NCBI GenBank assembly: GCA_046563655.1
Contig: CM102285.1
Coordinates: 10,602,001-10,666,000, forward strand
Direction of reading: 5' to 3'
Length of the DNA stretch: 64,000 nt
From: Yuukianura sp. NJ FZ-2021
Taxonomy: Eukaryota
Shown one piece after another: positions 25,007 to 38,698 of this stretch. Every line of letters begins with the position of its first letter. Within the stretch, counting starts at the first letter, position 1. The notes below the pieces were generated by a model. It made no database searches. It was not told the DNA's origin and saw nothing but the letters and a program-made list of their open reading frames with translations. The translations under genes were made by a program, and so were the position numbers.

Positions 25007-26190
25007 ATGTTGCTGTATTTGTATCTGCCGTTGACAGCACTGCTCAGTGGATCTTTTCCGCCTTATGGCGGAGGAACTCCTGCTGGTCCATACTATCCTC
25101 CAACCACGGCGTCCAATGTCCGCGATCCTCCAGGATACGGCAGCGGTTCGTACAAAAAACGCTCAGTTCCCGTTTCACACCGAATGCCTCGACAAATGTT
25201 GACGCAAGTCAAGAGCACTGGAGCAATGGGAAACAATTTCAAGGGACCCGTGGTACATAAAATGGCGACCGTGATGATAGCAGCTTCCAGGAAAATGGAA
25301 GATTACATCGAAGTGAACTCTCCAATGCCGACCACTGCGGAAGCTCAGTCCAAACCAGCAGTAAGCGCCGCAGTTTCTTCAATGTCCCCTCACAATGATA
25401 CTTGCAGACCGAATTCGTCGGAGCATGTTACTGGAACTCATGGACAGCCAAAAATTCCTCAATACGGGCCAAATGCTGGATTGTATGGTCCAGGGGGATC
25501 ACTGTCACACACTGGCGGCTACGCAAACTCGTTCCAGCATTATGTTCCGATTGTCAAAGGAAGTCACTACCTCGGACCGATGCCAGGCCAATATGATGTT
25601 GAGTTAGTCAATACATTCCGATTTTGATTTTCCTGACGAAAACGGAACTTTAAGCATGTAAAACCGTTTTGAGCAAATGATTTCTTACAGATTTGTTGCT
25701 GGCAATGGAATTCAGCAACAAGAGTCTGGCTACTTAAAACCGCTGGCTTCAACTTATGGGAAAATCGATTACGCTGGTACAACTGCTGGATTGGCAAATG
25801 TCAAAACCGGAAGCGTCTCTTGGACATCGCCAGAAGGGGTTCCATTTTCATTTGGGTGACAACATACGTAACAGTTTCCTAAATAAACTTTTTAAAAAAT
25901 GCTAATTTTTCTTTGATTTTTTAGCTATATTGCTGACGAGTTCGGTGAGTTATCCTTGAAACCTCAAGTTAATCATCGTGGAATTTAAATTTAAACCGAA
26001 TTGGTGGTTTGAGTTGCTAACAAGTTTTAAATTGTGTTACGCAGGATATCGTCCGTACGGAAGTCATCTTGCGGTTGCAGCTCCGGAACCACAATTCAGC
26101 CACGTTGATAGCTATAGCCGTCCCGCAGATCAAACTAACAACGATGGAATGAACCTAACTCCGTACGAAGCATCGGCTCCCAACTATTGA
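25007..26190 (+). CDS. Cuticular protein, RR-1-like chitin-binding domain, ~308 aa
   Basis: Exons 25007-25602, 25691-25855, 25925-25944 (20-nt microexon), 26045-26190 (927 nt). Hydrophobic N-terminus; EFVAGNGIQQQESG...TGSVSWTSPEGVPFSFGYIADEFGYRPYGSHL. ATG directly follows a splice acceptor; probable 5'UTR exon ends at 24920. Confidence 0.88.
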
Positions 26191-26537
26191 TCAATTGAAA
26201 ATTGAAATAGACAAGAAAGTACTTATTTTTTCTAAATCTAGTAATCATTTTATTTTCATGTACATCGTACATGACACTTTTTGGCTAAGCATTTGAAAGC
26301 ATTGAAGCAACTCTAAGCTCATTTGCTTATTTTCTGTACTGCGGAGGAGCATTTCATTTTCGTTTTTTTTAAACAATCCTAAATAAAGCTCTGAGCGAAA
26401 TGCAGGCGTTTCTATAAGTAAAGTGTTTCAAAGTAAGCAAAAAATCACAAAGTTTTTTTTAAAGCTATTTAAAGCTACTTAAATCTAAAATGCTCATGTT
26501 AGGTAGACTTCCTGGAAGACTGTAAATAGTAAGCTGT

Positions 26538-27813
26538 TCATTCTTCACTGGAGCTTATTTCTGCAAAGAGCTCCTTTCGACATCTTTCACAGTCACAGTA
26601 AAAATAGTAATGAGCAGCCAGAAACGCTTGACGCTTACGAACGGAAAATGTTTCAGGGATATACGAATGCGTTAGGATTTCTCCTGGTTGTATATCCCTT
26701 GCTGCAAAAAACTTGACTGAAAAATACTTCTGTTTATAAGACGACTCTTGCGTTGGATGGAACTTCCAGACAGATCCTAAATTTGGCGTACAACTATGCG
26801 TGAGATATGAGATTTTGTGAAAGATTAGAAACGCGTCCCTGAAAAATGACAAAGGAAAACGAGATCTTTTATTTTGTAAATGTCAACTTTGTAATTATAG
26901 AGCAAAGTTAATTAGTTGTTAGTTAACATTTGGAGGCTTTACCTTGAGTAGTCATTGATTGTGAGGCAGAACTCATTGGTAGCACAGATTCCAAGGACGG
27001 TTTCTATGGTGACGGGATCGAATGCAGTTTGTTGGCACTGTTCCCGAATGAAGTGCACAACGTGTTCTCGAGCTTCTTTTGTTTTGAGATCTCTCCATCT
27101 ATTGTCTAATTGAGCATCATGCTGCAGGAAGCAGTTCCATTTGTCTGGATCTTTGTCACAAAGAAGCAAACATCGGAGAACCTTGATAGCAGTATAGTCA
27201 AGCTTCGGATTCTGGAGGAGCACTTTGTTCTTAGCCAGGATCTTACATTCGTAGTCAGAATGTAGATTGCTCTCATTCAACCCCTGAAAACGAAATTATT
27301 TGTAAGAAGAGCGGAGGTCAACTTTGGTTTCACAAAAATCTAAAAACGTTCTAAAAGCTTCTTGGACTAGAGACGAAATTTAAAAGCAGTTCAGCATTCT
27401 AAATTATACCAAAAACCTATCATTATCTTGTGGCTTTAGCATCTTTGGAGGCGCAAATTGCAAAACAAGCCCAAAAGCAATCTGTCACTTTGCATCCTGT
27501 TTGGACAGAAGTAGAGGTTAATAGCACTTACCCTCTCACAATTTTTGCCACAAACTGGCCAATTGCAGGTGGAACACCTTCCAGAACAAATTTTAAAACA
27601 AGTTAAGCAAACGAGACCTTGAGGTGTCTGTCCGCCACAGGGACAAAGCATCAACGGAGACTCTTCTACAATCACTTCTTCAGCCGCAATGAATCGACTT
27701 GCAACGATGTAGCTCCCGTAGGTTCCATTTCTTCGCAATTCAATCGGTTCGGACCAAGGACAGTTCAGTTGAGGATCGAAATCCTCTTCCGTCAGTACTC
27801 CTGCACTACCCAT
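26538..27813 (-). CDS. SET and MYND domain (SMYD/SmydA-like) protein, short form ~307 aa
   Basis: Exons 27813-27532, 27283-26943, 26838-26538 (924 nt). N-SET YGSYIVASRFIAAEEVIVEESPL; MYND CLTC...CSTCNWPVCGKNC...HSDYEC; SET ISYLTHSCTPN and AARDIQPGEILTHSY; post-SET YYFYCDCERC. Confidence 0.88.
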
Positions 27814-30800
27814 TTAAGCAATTCAGAAAAGTAACCTAAGGAATCCTTTGGCAGTGGGTACTTAAGGGACTTTCTCCGCGGAGAAAACTAGTTTAGCTTT
27901 TTCCTCTCTCAGATTCAAAGTGAGAATGAACGCCTGAGGTGGATAACTCCACACTTATTTTGAAAAATAAAAGCCACGGGGTATGAGGTAATTTTTGAAC
28001 TCCTACGTCAACTCTTCACTTTCGTCGATATTTATTTTTAGTATACTTGTAAAGTTATGGGCCTCAACCCACTGCCAGTACAAAACCGTGTCGGTTTCAG
28101 TTCCACTAGGAAGCGGCAAGTCTCGTTTTCCTTTACGCAGATTCGGCTTTCCTTAAGAATTTAAAACTCCAACAAGTCTTTGAGGATCCAAAATGTTCAA
28201 GGCAGCCCAACGTCTTTTGGCACGCTGCAAAGACACTTTTCACCTTTCGGATTGAGATCACGGGATATGATCCTCTTCTGGCCGCTAAAAGGCAGGAGGC
28301 AATAGATCATTGACGTTTCTAGGCCCTCCTGCTTCTCATTTTTAGAACATTTCATAAACAAACTTCTTCTTTTTTTAAATTTATGAAGCTCTCAGTTATC
28401 TCCGTCAGTAACTCCCACTTTTTTGAACAGCACCAGCACCTGGCTTTTGATTTTGATAAATAGATCATAAAATTCCGCAGGAAAAATGGAGCAAAAACAG
28501 CAAAATTTTGGAAGAAAACGACAAAATTTTGGCTCCGATTTCATTTTTCTTGAGTCACGGGTTCCTTCGCTTCCTAAATCTAAAATCTGAACTATGGTTT
28601 TCAATTTTGCGATTTCCTTTGCGCTTTGAATTTTTGGTTTTGGAGTAGTACTATTTAAAGTATTTTTTAAAGTATCCTTATCATTAGAAACTAAAAACTA
28701 AAAGTTGTTTGTAGCTGCTTCTTGTAATGAGTTTTTAGAAATTTTGAAAAAGTAAGTGAGAACAGCACAATAACTTTGTTTCTTGGCTGTTCATCCTCCG
28801 CTTCATTAGTACTTTAGAATTCTTTGAAAAAGTAACTAAAATTGATGATGCTATGATGTAAAACGTTTAACTTTCAAACAAACTTTGCTTTCCATTGCCA
28901 ATTGCCACTTGATTCATCACTGCAAACATGAATTTCTGCCTTGTTAAACTTGTACTATACACTAAAACACTGTAAATCATAAATAACTCTTAGTCTACTT
29001 AAAAATACCTTTACGATCTCCTATTCTAAAGTTTGGCCAAAAACCCAAGCTATTTTTACCATTGTTTTCAAAGTTCTTCATCTCCTACCTCGTGGCTTCT
29101 AAAAAGTTGGACATTTCCCATTCGCGTCAGTTCAACTGCTTTTTGTGTTCGTCTACTGGGAAAAAATGACGCTTGTATTTATTTTGAGTCAAGGCTTTTG
29201 GGCACTTGTTAGAAAGCTTTCTTGTTTCTTCAAACTTTTTGTTGAGATGACGCGTTTCTAAATTTAACAAAAATCTATTCCCAGGGTGCAGTTTTTGGGG
29301 AGAATTAGGCAAAAAATTAGCATCGTTAACGAGTGTATGATGTAAAAAGCAAAAGTGAATGACACTCTTACTTTCGTAGATTGTACATGCAAAAAGTGCA
29401 ACTTTTTTGCAGAAAAGCACATCAAATTACGCATTGCTCAATGAAGCCCTTCACACTAACGTCAGGATATTAATCTTCATGCCTAATTTAAACACAAAAA
29501 GGAATTTCCATATAGTTAGAATCCTCTTTTGCCTCTGTACGCAGATTCATTACGAAATGATCATAGGGTACTTAAGTCCTTCTTAAGAACGTAGAAGCTG
29601 TTTAAGTGAATTCATTTAACTATGAGTACTTCATAACGCTGATTAATTGATCTGTGGAATCTTTTTTGTCTGTTTTACCTAACCGCGTGAGATGAACTCT
29701 CACGCCGTTAGGAACCTAAATTCATTGTGAAACTTCAATAATCTTTGAAATTTTATGATTTTCGGAAGATTTTGAAATGTTGAATTTATGAAATTCAAGA
29801 TTTGATTATTAACTAATTGTAAGTTACTCTTGTTAAGTTTGACCTTGTTACCACAACATGTAATTTTGATTGATCAAAGTTAATTAGAACGCCTAAGATT
29901 CTCAGGGTGCGAATTCAGTGGGAAAAAATGCAGTGCAAGTTACATTTTTCTTTTAAAACGTAATTTAAAAGTACGATAAACATTTCGTGTTTATAGCACG
30001 TGGAAATGGGAATTCAGAATTGTCTTATTTTTTGAATGTTTTTGTCATAATAGTGTTGAATCTTGTTTTCGTAGGAGAATAATAGTGGTTTTAAGTAGAG
30101 ACGCAGTTAATTGAAAGTTTGGAATTGATTCAAGGTTGAGAACGTCAATTCCGCCTGCCCTCCGTGACGTCAAATCGTTGGTTTGTTTTCTTGATTGACC
30201 ACTTTTTGTAATTTGACTATTTTGGTTAACTTTTGTTTTCATTTAATGTTTTCGATTGTCTAATCTTTTATAATTTAGGTCTGACGTTTGCCTTTGATTT
30301 TGATTCCGGTTATGATCAAAACAGTACCTTAAGGATTCAAAACTTTACGTTATGAAGATCAGAACACAAACATTTTTACACGTCAAAACATTCCTGAATT
30401 TTAAAATCCATTATTTTGTTTTGAAACTTGAATTTGATCTGACATGTCTATTTCCAATAAATTACTTTTCTTGTAAACAGTTTTTGTTGCTTAAAAAAAT
30501 TCAAACACATCCAAGCACTTGGAAATCGGAAAACAAATGATGCCGTGCTCTAAGCTTTGGCTTTCGAAAAATTATGAACCTGCTGATTTGGAAAAAAATT
30601 TTTGAACTTGGATCCATGGTACAAACGGAAGAGAAAGTATGAAGTTTTGAACCTCTTGCTCATATCATGCTCGCTTAAGACAATTTAGATGTTGAAAATT
30701 GTATTAGTACTTCATAAAATTTTGTTTATAGCAATGCGAAATACTACAGACTGCAGGAACTCGAGACTTGAATTGGCAATGTTGACAAAATATTACTCAA

Positions 30801-32908
30801 TCCAACTGACCTCTACCTTATGTTTTGGTAGGAAAAGATGCATGTTGAATTTTAATCAAACTCCAATCTACTTCTGATAGGGTCAACGAAGGTTGTCAGT
30901 GATTTAACATTGACAAAACTCGACAAAAAGTAGTGAGAATCTCAACAACCAACTTTTCTTGTTTGCCGGCTGAAGAATCAACTGATTCGATCAAATTTTG
31001 CGAATGTCAAATTTTGTTAGTATCAAAGTGACCTTCAACTATTCATTGTCATAATCACTACTTTCGCAGTTAATTACTGATCTCACAAATTACTCAATCT
31101 AATAATCAACTTATTGTTTGTTATGACGCACTTCCTTCCTTTCAATATTCGAATCCTCTTACGAGATACACATTTTCTGTACTCAAGTTAACAAAATCTT
31201 TAAATTCCACTTCACCTCATCATTCAGCCCTTGACACTAATTTCCAAAAAGTCAAAAACGTTCTACCTGATTTCCTTAGTTTTCAATTCTTCCTCTTCAT
31301 AAATCCTCAAAATAACCACACATTAACCTTGACTTCAAAACACATTGACTTGGGACGTGTAGGTGGACGGCGGATCGCTCGTGTACTGACTGACTTAAGA
31401 GGATTTAAGAATTCCATTTTTCAGATGACAAAAAAACAAAAATTTAGTTTCAATTTATGCTAAATCTTTTATTTACTCCCTTCAGCTCTGATTTAATAAG
31501 TTTAGTCAGAATGTGCAAATTTTGTTTTTTTTTTGCATACAAAAATGCTACATAAGACGTCAACACCTTTTCATTGAAATAAAACAGCAATAAGGAAGTC
31601 TTTTCGTTGTCATTTTTGGACAACTTTGTTTTTATTTACGTTTTAAAGTTTCCATGCTTGTGTCTTAAGTCTAAAACTCAAATTTTAATTTAAATTAAAA
31701 TTAAGTCATCACCAGAAGAAACAAAAGGACAGACAATGTTTCCTGGATTCACAAAACCTTTGACCAGAAGGTACTTGTTAGGTTGAAAGTAGGATGTTAG
31801 GGTAGGCGTTAGTTCTAATAGTTTTGGTAAAACTTAAAAGAAAAGCTAGAAATAAATAATGAAAATGGCAATTTCCCTGAAATCTTTGATTCGTCACTCT
31901 AATAACTTATTCATTTTCATGTCGAATGAAACTGAATTGGAAATTAACCTCAGAGGCATAGGGACCACGGACTGGTTTTTCCAGAACAACAAAAATTTTG
32001 AAAAACAGTTTTTTTTGGTGAGGATCCGGCACCAGGCTGATGCTCTTCACAAAGTGGAAGTGACATTGAAAAAGTTAACCTTTGTTACATAATTGCCATT
32101 TCGACGCTTTTGTACTTCAAAGGAAGGACAGCTTATATCTACTATTTACATTTTAAAATTTCACTTTTCTATTTTTGAAATTTTGAAAAAAGGAAAGATA
32201 GACAAGGTCAGAAAAAGGACCAGCCTTTGGTTTTTATACAAATTAAAGCGAACAAAGTCCAGGAACAGTTTCTCATCTTATACAATACAAAAAGGAAACT
32301 CACTTTCCATAGACCTTGACACAGTTTTTTCCATATTTACAAAATATATACAAGTTTACCCCATTTCTTTTAGTAAACAAAAACAAGTCACAAAAAGAAA
32401 AATGTGAGGTAAAAGGATCGATTTGTCTCAATTTGTGCAAAAATTTTCACAAAAAATGAAAATTTAGACGAAGACTTAGATTTAAGAGCTCTTCCACCTT
32501 GAAGAGAGCTTAAAACTCAAAAATTTGCACCTCACATGCCAATGTTTTCTTGCCTAATTTTTCAAGGTCACTTGTCAAAAAATTTAGGGCACTTAAAACT
32601 CTTTTGAGTCAAATTATGAATTACAGTAAATTTTGAAGAGTACAACAATTAGGGAGGACTCTTTACGCTTAAAGGCTCTTTGTGAAGGCGCATGAAATAC
32701 AAATCACAGTCGTAGTAGCTCTGCAAAACTGCTGTGTACAAATTAAGTCATGTGAAACGTGTAAATGGTTGAGCTTTTTGGTTCTACAAATCTAGAAGGG
32801 AGAAGTGTAATAATACATTTGTTTGTGGTAGTTGTAGTGCTAAAAATTTATGAATTATGTAAAGAAATTTTGGCAATTTGAAAAATGTAAAAATAGGTAG
32901 GGATTCGC

Positions 32909-34316
32909 TTATTCTAATTTTTTCTGAGGAACAGATTTGGATCCAAAGTAGGCTTTCTGGAAGAAGTGTGAAAAGAGAATGAAGTAGGAAAAGTACATTC
33001 CGAGAGCTGTGTAGATGCTTTCGTCCATCCTTTCACATGGGGCTGTTCTGAATGCTAAAAAAAAGAGAAGGTGACGAAAACGACATGAGTTTCGCATGTC
33101 CATTTGTTAATTGATATTGAATAATAAGTGTAAGTTAGCAGATTAGGTGTGAATTTCCCATGAATCTATTAGCGACTTCTTACTTTTGATCCAGACTGAG
33201 TACAGGTTAATCGTGAGGCCCACAACCATTTGACTAAGTTGTAGACATGTGATCATCATTGCCAATTTTCTGGGGACTTTGATTTGCATCGCCTAATGAA
33301 AAACGTACATTTTTAGAACAGGAATTTACGAAGAAGTGATGAAATGACGTTATTTAAATTTCAATTGAATTGTTCAACACACCTTAAACGCATAGTAAGT
33401 ATACATGAGGCCGTGAACAAATAGGTTGATACACCTACACAAATGATAATGTTAACAGTATGAAATTAATATATTAATTTATTTACATCATATATAATCA
33501 AACATTAGTTAACGTACATGAACCACCGAAGTGGTGGGTCATAATCAATGTAGTTGACCCATGTGTAAACCAGCACCGAAATGTGATGATACCTGTTTTA
33601 AAAGGGCAAAATTTTAAGTATTTCTCTAAATTATGGGCTCAAAAGCAATAAACAGTGAAAAAAAATCTTAAATTTTAAAAATCCAAATTAGTGAAGAAAA
33701 TTTTTCAAAAATTGGATTTACCAATGCAAGAAGATAAGCGGCTGCTTTCGGAGAACAATGAAGGCTGTGTCACCCAATTCAACTAATTTAGACCACGCCA
33801 TGAGCCATCCCCAAAATGCCGTGGCATAATTGTGGTGCTCTCTGCAAATTTTCATGCAAAATTGAATTTTTCGACATCCTATTTCTAAAATTTTCTCAAA
33901 ACATGTCAAAAATTTTGGAAGATTTTGTCATCTTTTTTGCTTCTCATAACTTTTCAACTCAATTTTTTCTTCAAAATTGTATCGTACCTGCTGCATATGC
34001 TTGCATGATAGCCATGATGCTGCGTGATGTACCACAGTTCTGGAAATGTGCGGAGAAAGCCAATGATGGAGAAAACAGCCAGACCAATATTCCAAATCAC
34101 TAGTGGTTTCCTCAGTTTGAATGGATCTCTGTTCTGCATCCAAACTTGACCTACGAAGATTAGGCAAATGTAGGCAAGGGATGCATAGACACTCAGCGTC
34201 CAGTTCCGTTCCATCCATCGCCTCGTCAAGGCCAGGTTGATGTACTCCCAGTCATAGATCTTCAGATATGGCACGTCAAAACGAACGTTAACGTCCACAA
34301 CCGTAGAATTGTACAT
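32909..34316 (-). CDS. ELOVL6: Very-long-chain fatty acid elongase, ELOVL6/ELOVL3 (baldspot-like) clade, ~276 aa
   Basis: Exons 34316-33988, 33841-33722, 33592-33518, 33434-33383, 33292-33184, 33054-32909 (831 nt). Motifs [48 protein letters not shown]; C-terminal KKLE ER-retrieval signal. Confidence 0.93.
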
Positions 34317-36351
34317 TATGCTAAACAAACTTTTAAACTACTCACAATTTACAAAGACTGTTCTAAAAGACGCCAAAACTTGGATCGTATTGAACTGAAT
34401 TCTGAATGACCCGAAGGTTCTTATTCGCCCAAAAATTCTCTCGGCGTGTGAACAGATTAAAGATGAAGATTTTCGTAAGTCGCGTGTTAATTGCAGTTTG
34501 GCTGCTTCCAGACTGTAACAATTTAATGGAAAGAAGCATAGAAAATGCTTTGTGTCTGCTCAAGTGACGTGGATCAAACCCTAGGATTTAGTTCAGAATT
34601 GGTGTTGTGGAGGGGATGGGGTGAAGCCCCAACATTTTACTTTCATCCCTCCGTCGTAATACTTGCACGCAAACATAATCTTCTTCTTACCTCAGCGGCA
34701 AAGCATAGTTAGGACGACACGGGGACAACTTTCTTCAAGGTCAAATCTGTGTGAAAGTGAATTTGACCTCGTGGGATGGAGAGTGGTTTTGGGTCTAAAT
34801 CATCAATTCACACTAAATTTTGTGATTACGCATTTCCAGAACATGACAGCAGAAACGCAGAAGAGTGCGACTACGTGCTGGAAATCAGTCAACTCCAGGT
34901 CAATTCGATGGAAATCAAATGACTCCCTAACCGGCTTCAACTATTTTTGAAAACACAAACAACCTGTCTCTGTCTGTCGCCAAAAATCGTAAACAACGAA
35001 TCATAAGTTATTTCTCTCTTTTCTATTTCTTTATAATAAAAACTGCCCTGAAATTTCAAAAAAAAAACAACCTTTTCTTGGCAATTTTTGTTGTTTACTT
35101 TCTGCCCCACGCTGCGCAAGTAACAAAATGCAAAAAATGCAAACGAGGTATAGATGCGTGTTGAAAAATAATAACTTTATTTTTTCAATCATTAGTTAGT
35201 TTAATAGTGAGAATTTTACGTAATACTCTGCTCATGTCATGAGTCCGGAGACTGCACTTTAGAATGCCTAAAATTTTGAGCATAGATATTATTTAGATGT
35301 TAAAATTTTCAAAATTTCTTTTGTTTTTGTGATATTGTGCCATCGAATTTCTTAAAATGAATTCTATTCGAAAAATAATTTCCAAATCTCTGTTGGTTGC
35401 TTTAGGTGTTTACTCCTGAAGTGTTAAGTGGTTTGGCTTAAGATGAAGAGTGGAGCATGCGATGCTAAGTTCGGATCTGGACATGTTTCTCCACAACATG
35501 ATCTCATCAGAGTAATTTCCACTACCAGCTGATTTTCCTACGAACGAACTTTACAAAAGAATTTTAAAGAACCGGATTTTGAATGAGTTCAGAATTTCTT
35601 GTTACCAATTCGCTTAAAAAATATTGATGTATCGAATTGGTGTACAGAAAATTTGGAGAGGATGGGCTGATATGATTCCACGGTTGAAGTGGTTTTGTTT
35701 CCGGGAGTTAAGCGACAACCGAGGTCAAAGGTGAGTTTCATCACATCCTTATCTGCAATAGTTACATTTATCTTGAACTAAATTGTTACTTTTTGTACTA
35801 AATTGGTCCATTGCAGTGAATCGAAATTACGCAAAGAACAAAAGGAAGCCAAACTTTGATGTTTGACGGGAGTCCACGTCTAGAATTCTAATTTTAGAAT
35901 TTTGTGACTTCTCGAACGTCTCGACTTTAGGCATCGTAAAACTCGTAAGATCCCCGGGTATAATTTATTTTTGGTACGACGAGAGCTCTCTCTACTTAAA
36001 ATCTATACTCACACCAGGAATTTCCAAAGGTAAGAATTTAAACTTAATAAACCACAACTAAATCTAACAAAATTTTGAATTTTGAAAACACTTTGTTGAA
36101 ATTGGGACACTCGTAGACAGTGCTGAGCTATGGCTAAACTTCCTGCTCCTGCTTTAATTGAATACTAATTAGTTAGCCACTTAACTTCCTTTTACTTTGT
36201 CATGACGCTTGCGGTTAGCCGTGTGGCAATACCGATGCAGACTATTTTCAAATATACACAACTGCAACTGCTCAACGCAAAACCGAAATCAAAATATTTT
36301 CTGTGCGTGTGTTTCAGATAGTGAAGCCTAAACCAAAAACATCAAGTCAAG

Positions 36352-37603
36352 ATGGATCCAGAAGTGTTTTTGGAAGTGTCCAACAGTGTCACTAAACTGA
36401 AGATGTTTCCATACTTTGACATTGCTCATGCTGTCATGGCTTGTCTACATGTCAGAGAAGACATAGGTTCAGGTCAGGATGAGTTTTTGAAAATTTTGAA
36501 TTTAGCATGTACTTTTCGAAAATTGAATTTCAATTTTCTGCAGGGGCTCTGCCATTCTCCAGGAAGCATCCTCTGTCAACCTACTTGTCATCACTGTTGG
36601 TCATGTATGCTGGCGGAATGCTGGGAAATTTCTTTTTAGGAGAGCCTGTTCTTGGAGTTCTCAAAAATAATCAGCAGCTAGCCTTATACACTGCGGTTTG
36701 GTAAATTTTATATAATATAAATTATGTATAATATTCCAAGGATTGAACTTAATTTGTATAAATTTTGTAGGTATCTAATATTCTACTGCCCATTTGATCT
36801 CGCCTATAAAATTTGCAAGTTTCTGCCAGTGAAGCTCTGCTTGAGTGTTATGAAAGAAATTTACAGGTGAGAAGTAGGATGGGAGTTAATAATTAGCCGT
36901 TTATTAGTTAATTAGTGATTATAATCAACGCATTTTAATTGAAATTATGCACATGATTCTGCAGGACAAAGAAAGTTCATGATGGTGTCACGCATGCTCT
37001 CAAGGTTTTTCCCAATGGCTACGTCATTGCAATTTTTGTGGGAACAGTCAAAGGTAAATTTGCAAAGTGCAAAAAAACTAACATGAAACTAACATGTTAG
37101 GTTAGGTAAACATGCTAATTTTGTTCCAAAATTTTGTTTTCAGGAAACGGTGCAAGTTTTTTGAGAATTATCGAACGCCTTCTACGTGGAAATTGGACGC
37201 CTGGGGCAATGGAAATTTTGCAACCAAGTTTCGCCACGAAATCTGCAATTGCGGCCTCCATTATTTTTCTCATGGACAAGAAAACAGAATTTGTCACTGC
37301 TCCACACAGTCTGCTCTACTTTGGCATTGTCGTCTTCTTTGTTTACTTTAAGGTAAACAATCAGATGTTAAGTTTTAATTGTTCAATTAAACTTGTGAAA
37401 TGAAATTCTATTACTTTGTTTAGGTTTCATCGATTCTTCTTGGAATTCACGATCCATTTGCACCATTTGAGAACATCTTCTGCGCTCTGTTCATGGGCGG
37501 CCTTTCCGATGCCATTTCACGAGCTTTTGGAGCCAAAACGGGAAATGATGCCAAAGCCAACGAAGCTGCCACGAAAGCAGAACAAGCAAAGAAAAAAGAA
37601 TAG
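36352..37603 (+). CDS. TMEM38: Trimeric intracellular cation channel (TRIC/TMEM38), ~283 aa
   Basis: Exons 36352-36472, 36544-36700, 36771-36866, 36965-37053, 37144-37352, 37424-37603 (852 nt). Motifs KLKMFPYFDIAH, FSRKHPL, WYLIFYCPFD, MKEIYRTKKVHDGV, GTVKGNG, HDPFAPFEN; C-terminal KKKE. Confidence 0.93.
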
Positions 37604-38467
37604 TGACATGGACGAAAACAGAAATTTGGAACCCCGAGATGTTCATTTGTGCCTATCTAAAATGTTGACAACTTCAGTTTGGTGTTAAATTTTGTTTTTA
37701 GTTTTTTAGTTTTTCTTGGCCTACACAAATGCCTTTCCTATAGCTAAATATCCCAATAATGGCAAGTGATTTTGACATTTGAACTTGAAAGTCTGATTTG
37801 AAATTGAAAACGATATTATAAGATTTTGAAATTTTTGGAAATTTTAGAAGAAACTGAAATACCTTTTGTGTTGTCTTTACTCTAGTCTCTACCCAAAGAG
37901 TCTATATTCCCTGTTGTCCGAATTCTGTTGATTTTTAGTACATAGCACTCCTGATTAGATTAAAATTATTAATCATGGTTCTATTTGAAAGTTAAATAAA
38001 AAACAAACTCCTGGTTACGACTTAATAGGTCTACATGTGAAAAAAAAAGTCCAGGTCCAGTGAAATGGTCTAATCATTTGTCAAATAGGCTACGAACTAT
38101 GGGCGTTTTTCAATCTATAAGTTTCTGAAGTGATATAAACACATACAGCTTTGCTAACGTGTGATCTTGTGTCATGCACATTTTATATATTCAAGACCAG
38201 TTTGATATCGACCTGTGATCATCATCAGGATTAGTAAATCTTAAGATCTGTTCGGATCTTGCATAACAAGAAAAAGTCACTAAACTCCACGCCCTGTACC
38301 TGAGTTCCCGTCTTATCCCTTCAGTATAACTCCAAAGTTAAAGAAACTTTGAATTCACAAGGTTTCTGCAGGTTCGTTCTGAATTTTTAAATTATAGGTT
38401 AGACAGGAATACTAATAATTTTGATTTTTAATTTCGGATTTTTATTTTGTGTCAAATAGGAAGCAAA

Positions 38468-38698
38468 ATGGCGTCAGGACTTGTGGGAATCTTCAACGTC
38501 CTGTTCTGGCTTGTGATTTTGATTGTATTTTCGTGGTGGATTTCTGGAATTTGCTTTGTCGTTTACATCATTACAAGTATCTTCACACCTTGCATATCAG
38601 GGCTCAAAGGACTTCAGGATATGGCAATGTCCGGTATTCAGTTTCCACACAAGTGCTCAGTCAACATTGTACAAAGGAACTCATACGATGCTATTTGA
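38468..38698 (+). CDS. Small hydrophobic membrane protein (76 aa), uncharacterised
   Basis: AAAATGG start just after a splice acceptor (38459); long Trp/Cys-containing hydrophobic stretch FNVLFWLVILIVFSWWISGICFVVYIITSIF; probable 5'UTR exon from TCAGT (38321) to a donor at ~38372. Confidence 0.75.
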   Translation: MASGLVGIFNVLFWLVILIVFSWWISGICFVVYIITSIFTPCISGLKGLQDMAMSGIQFPHKCSVNIVQRNSYDAI

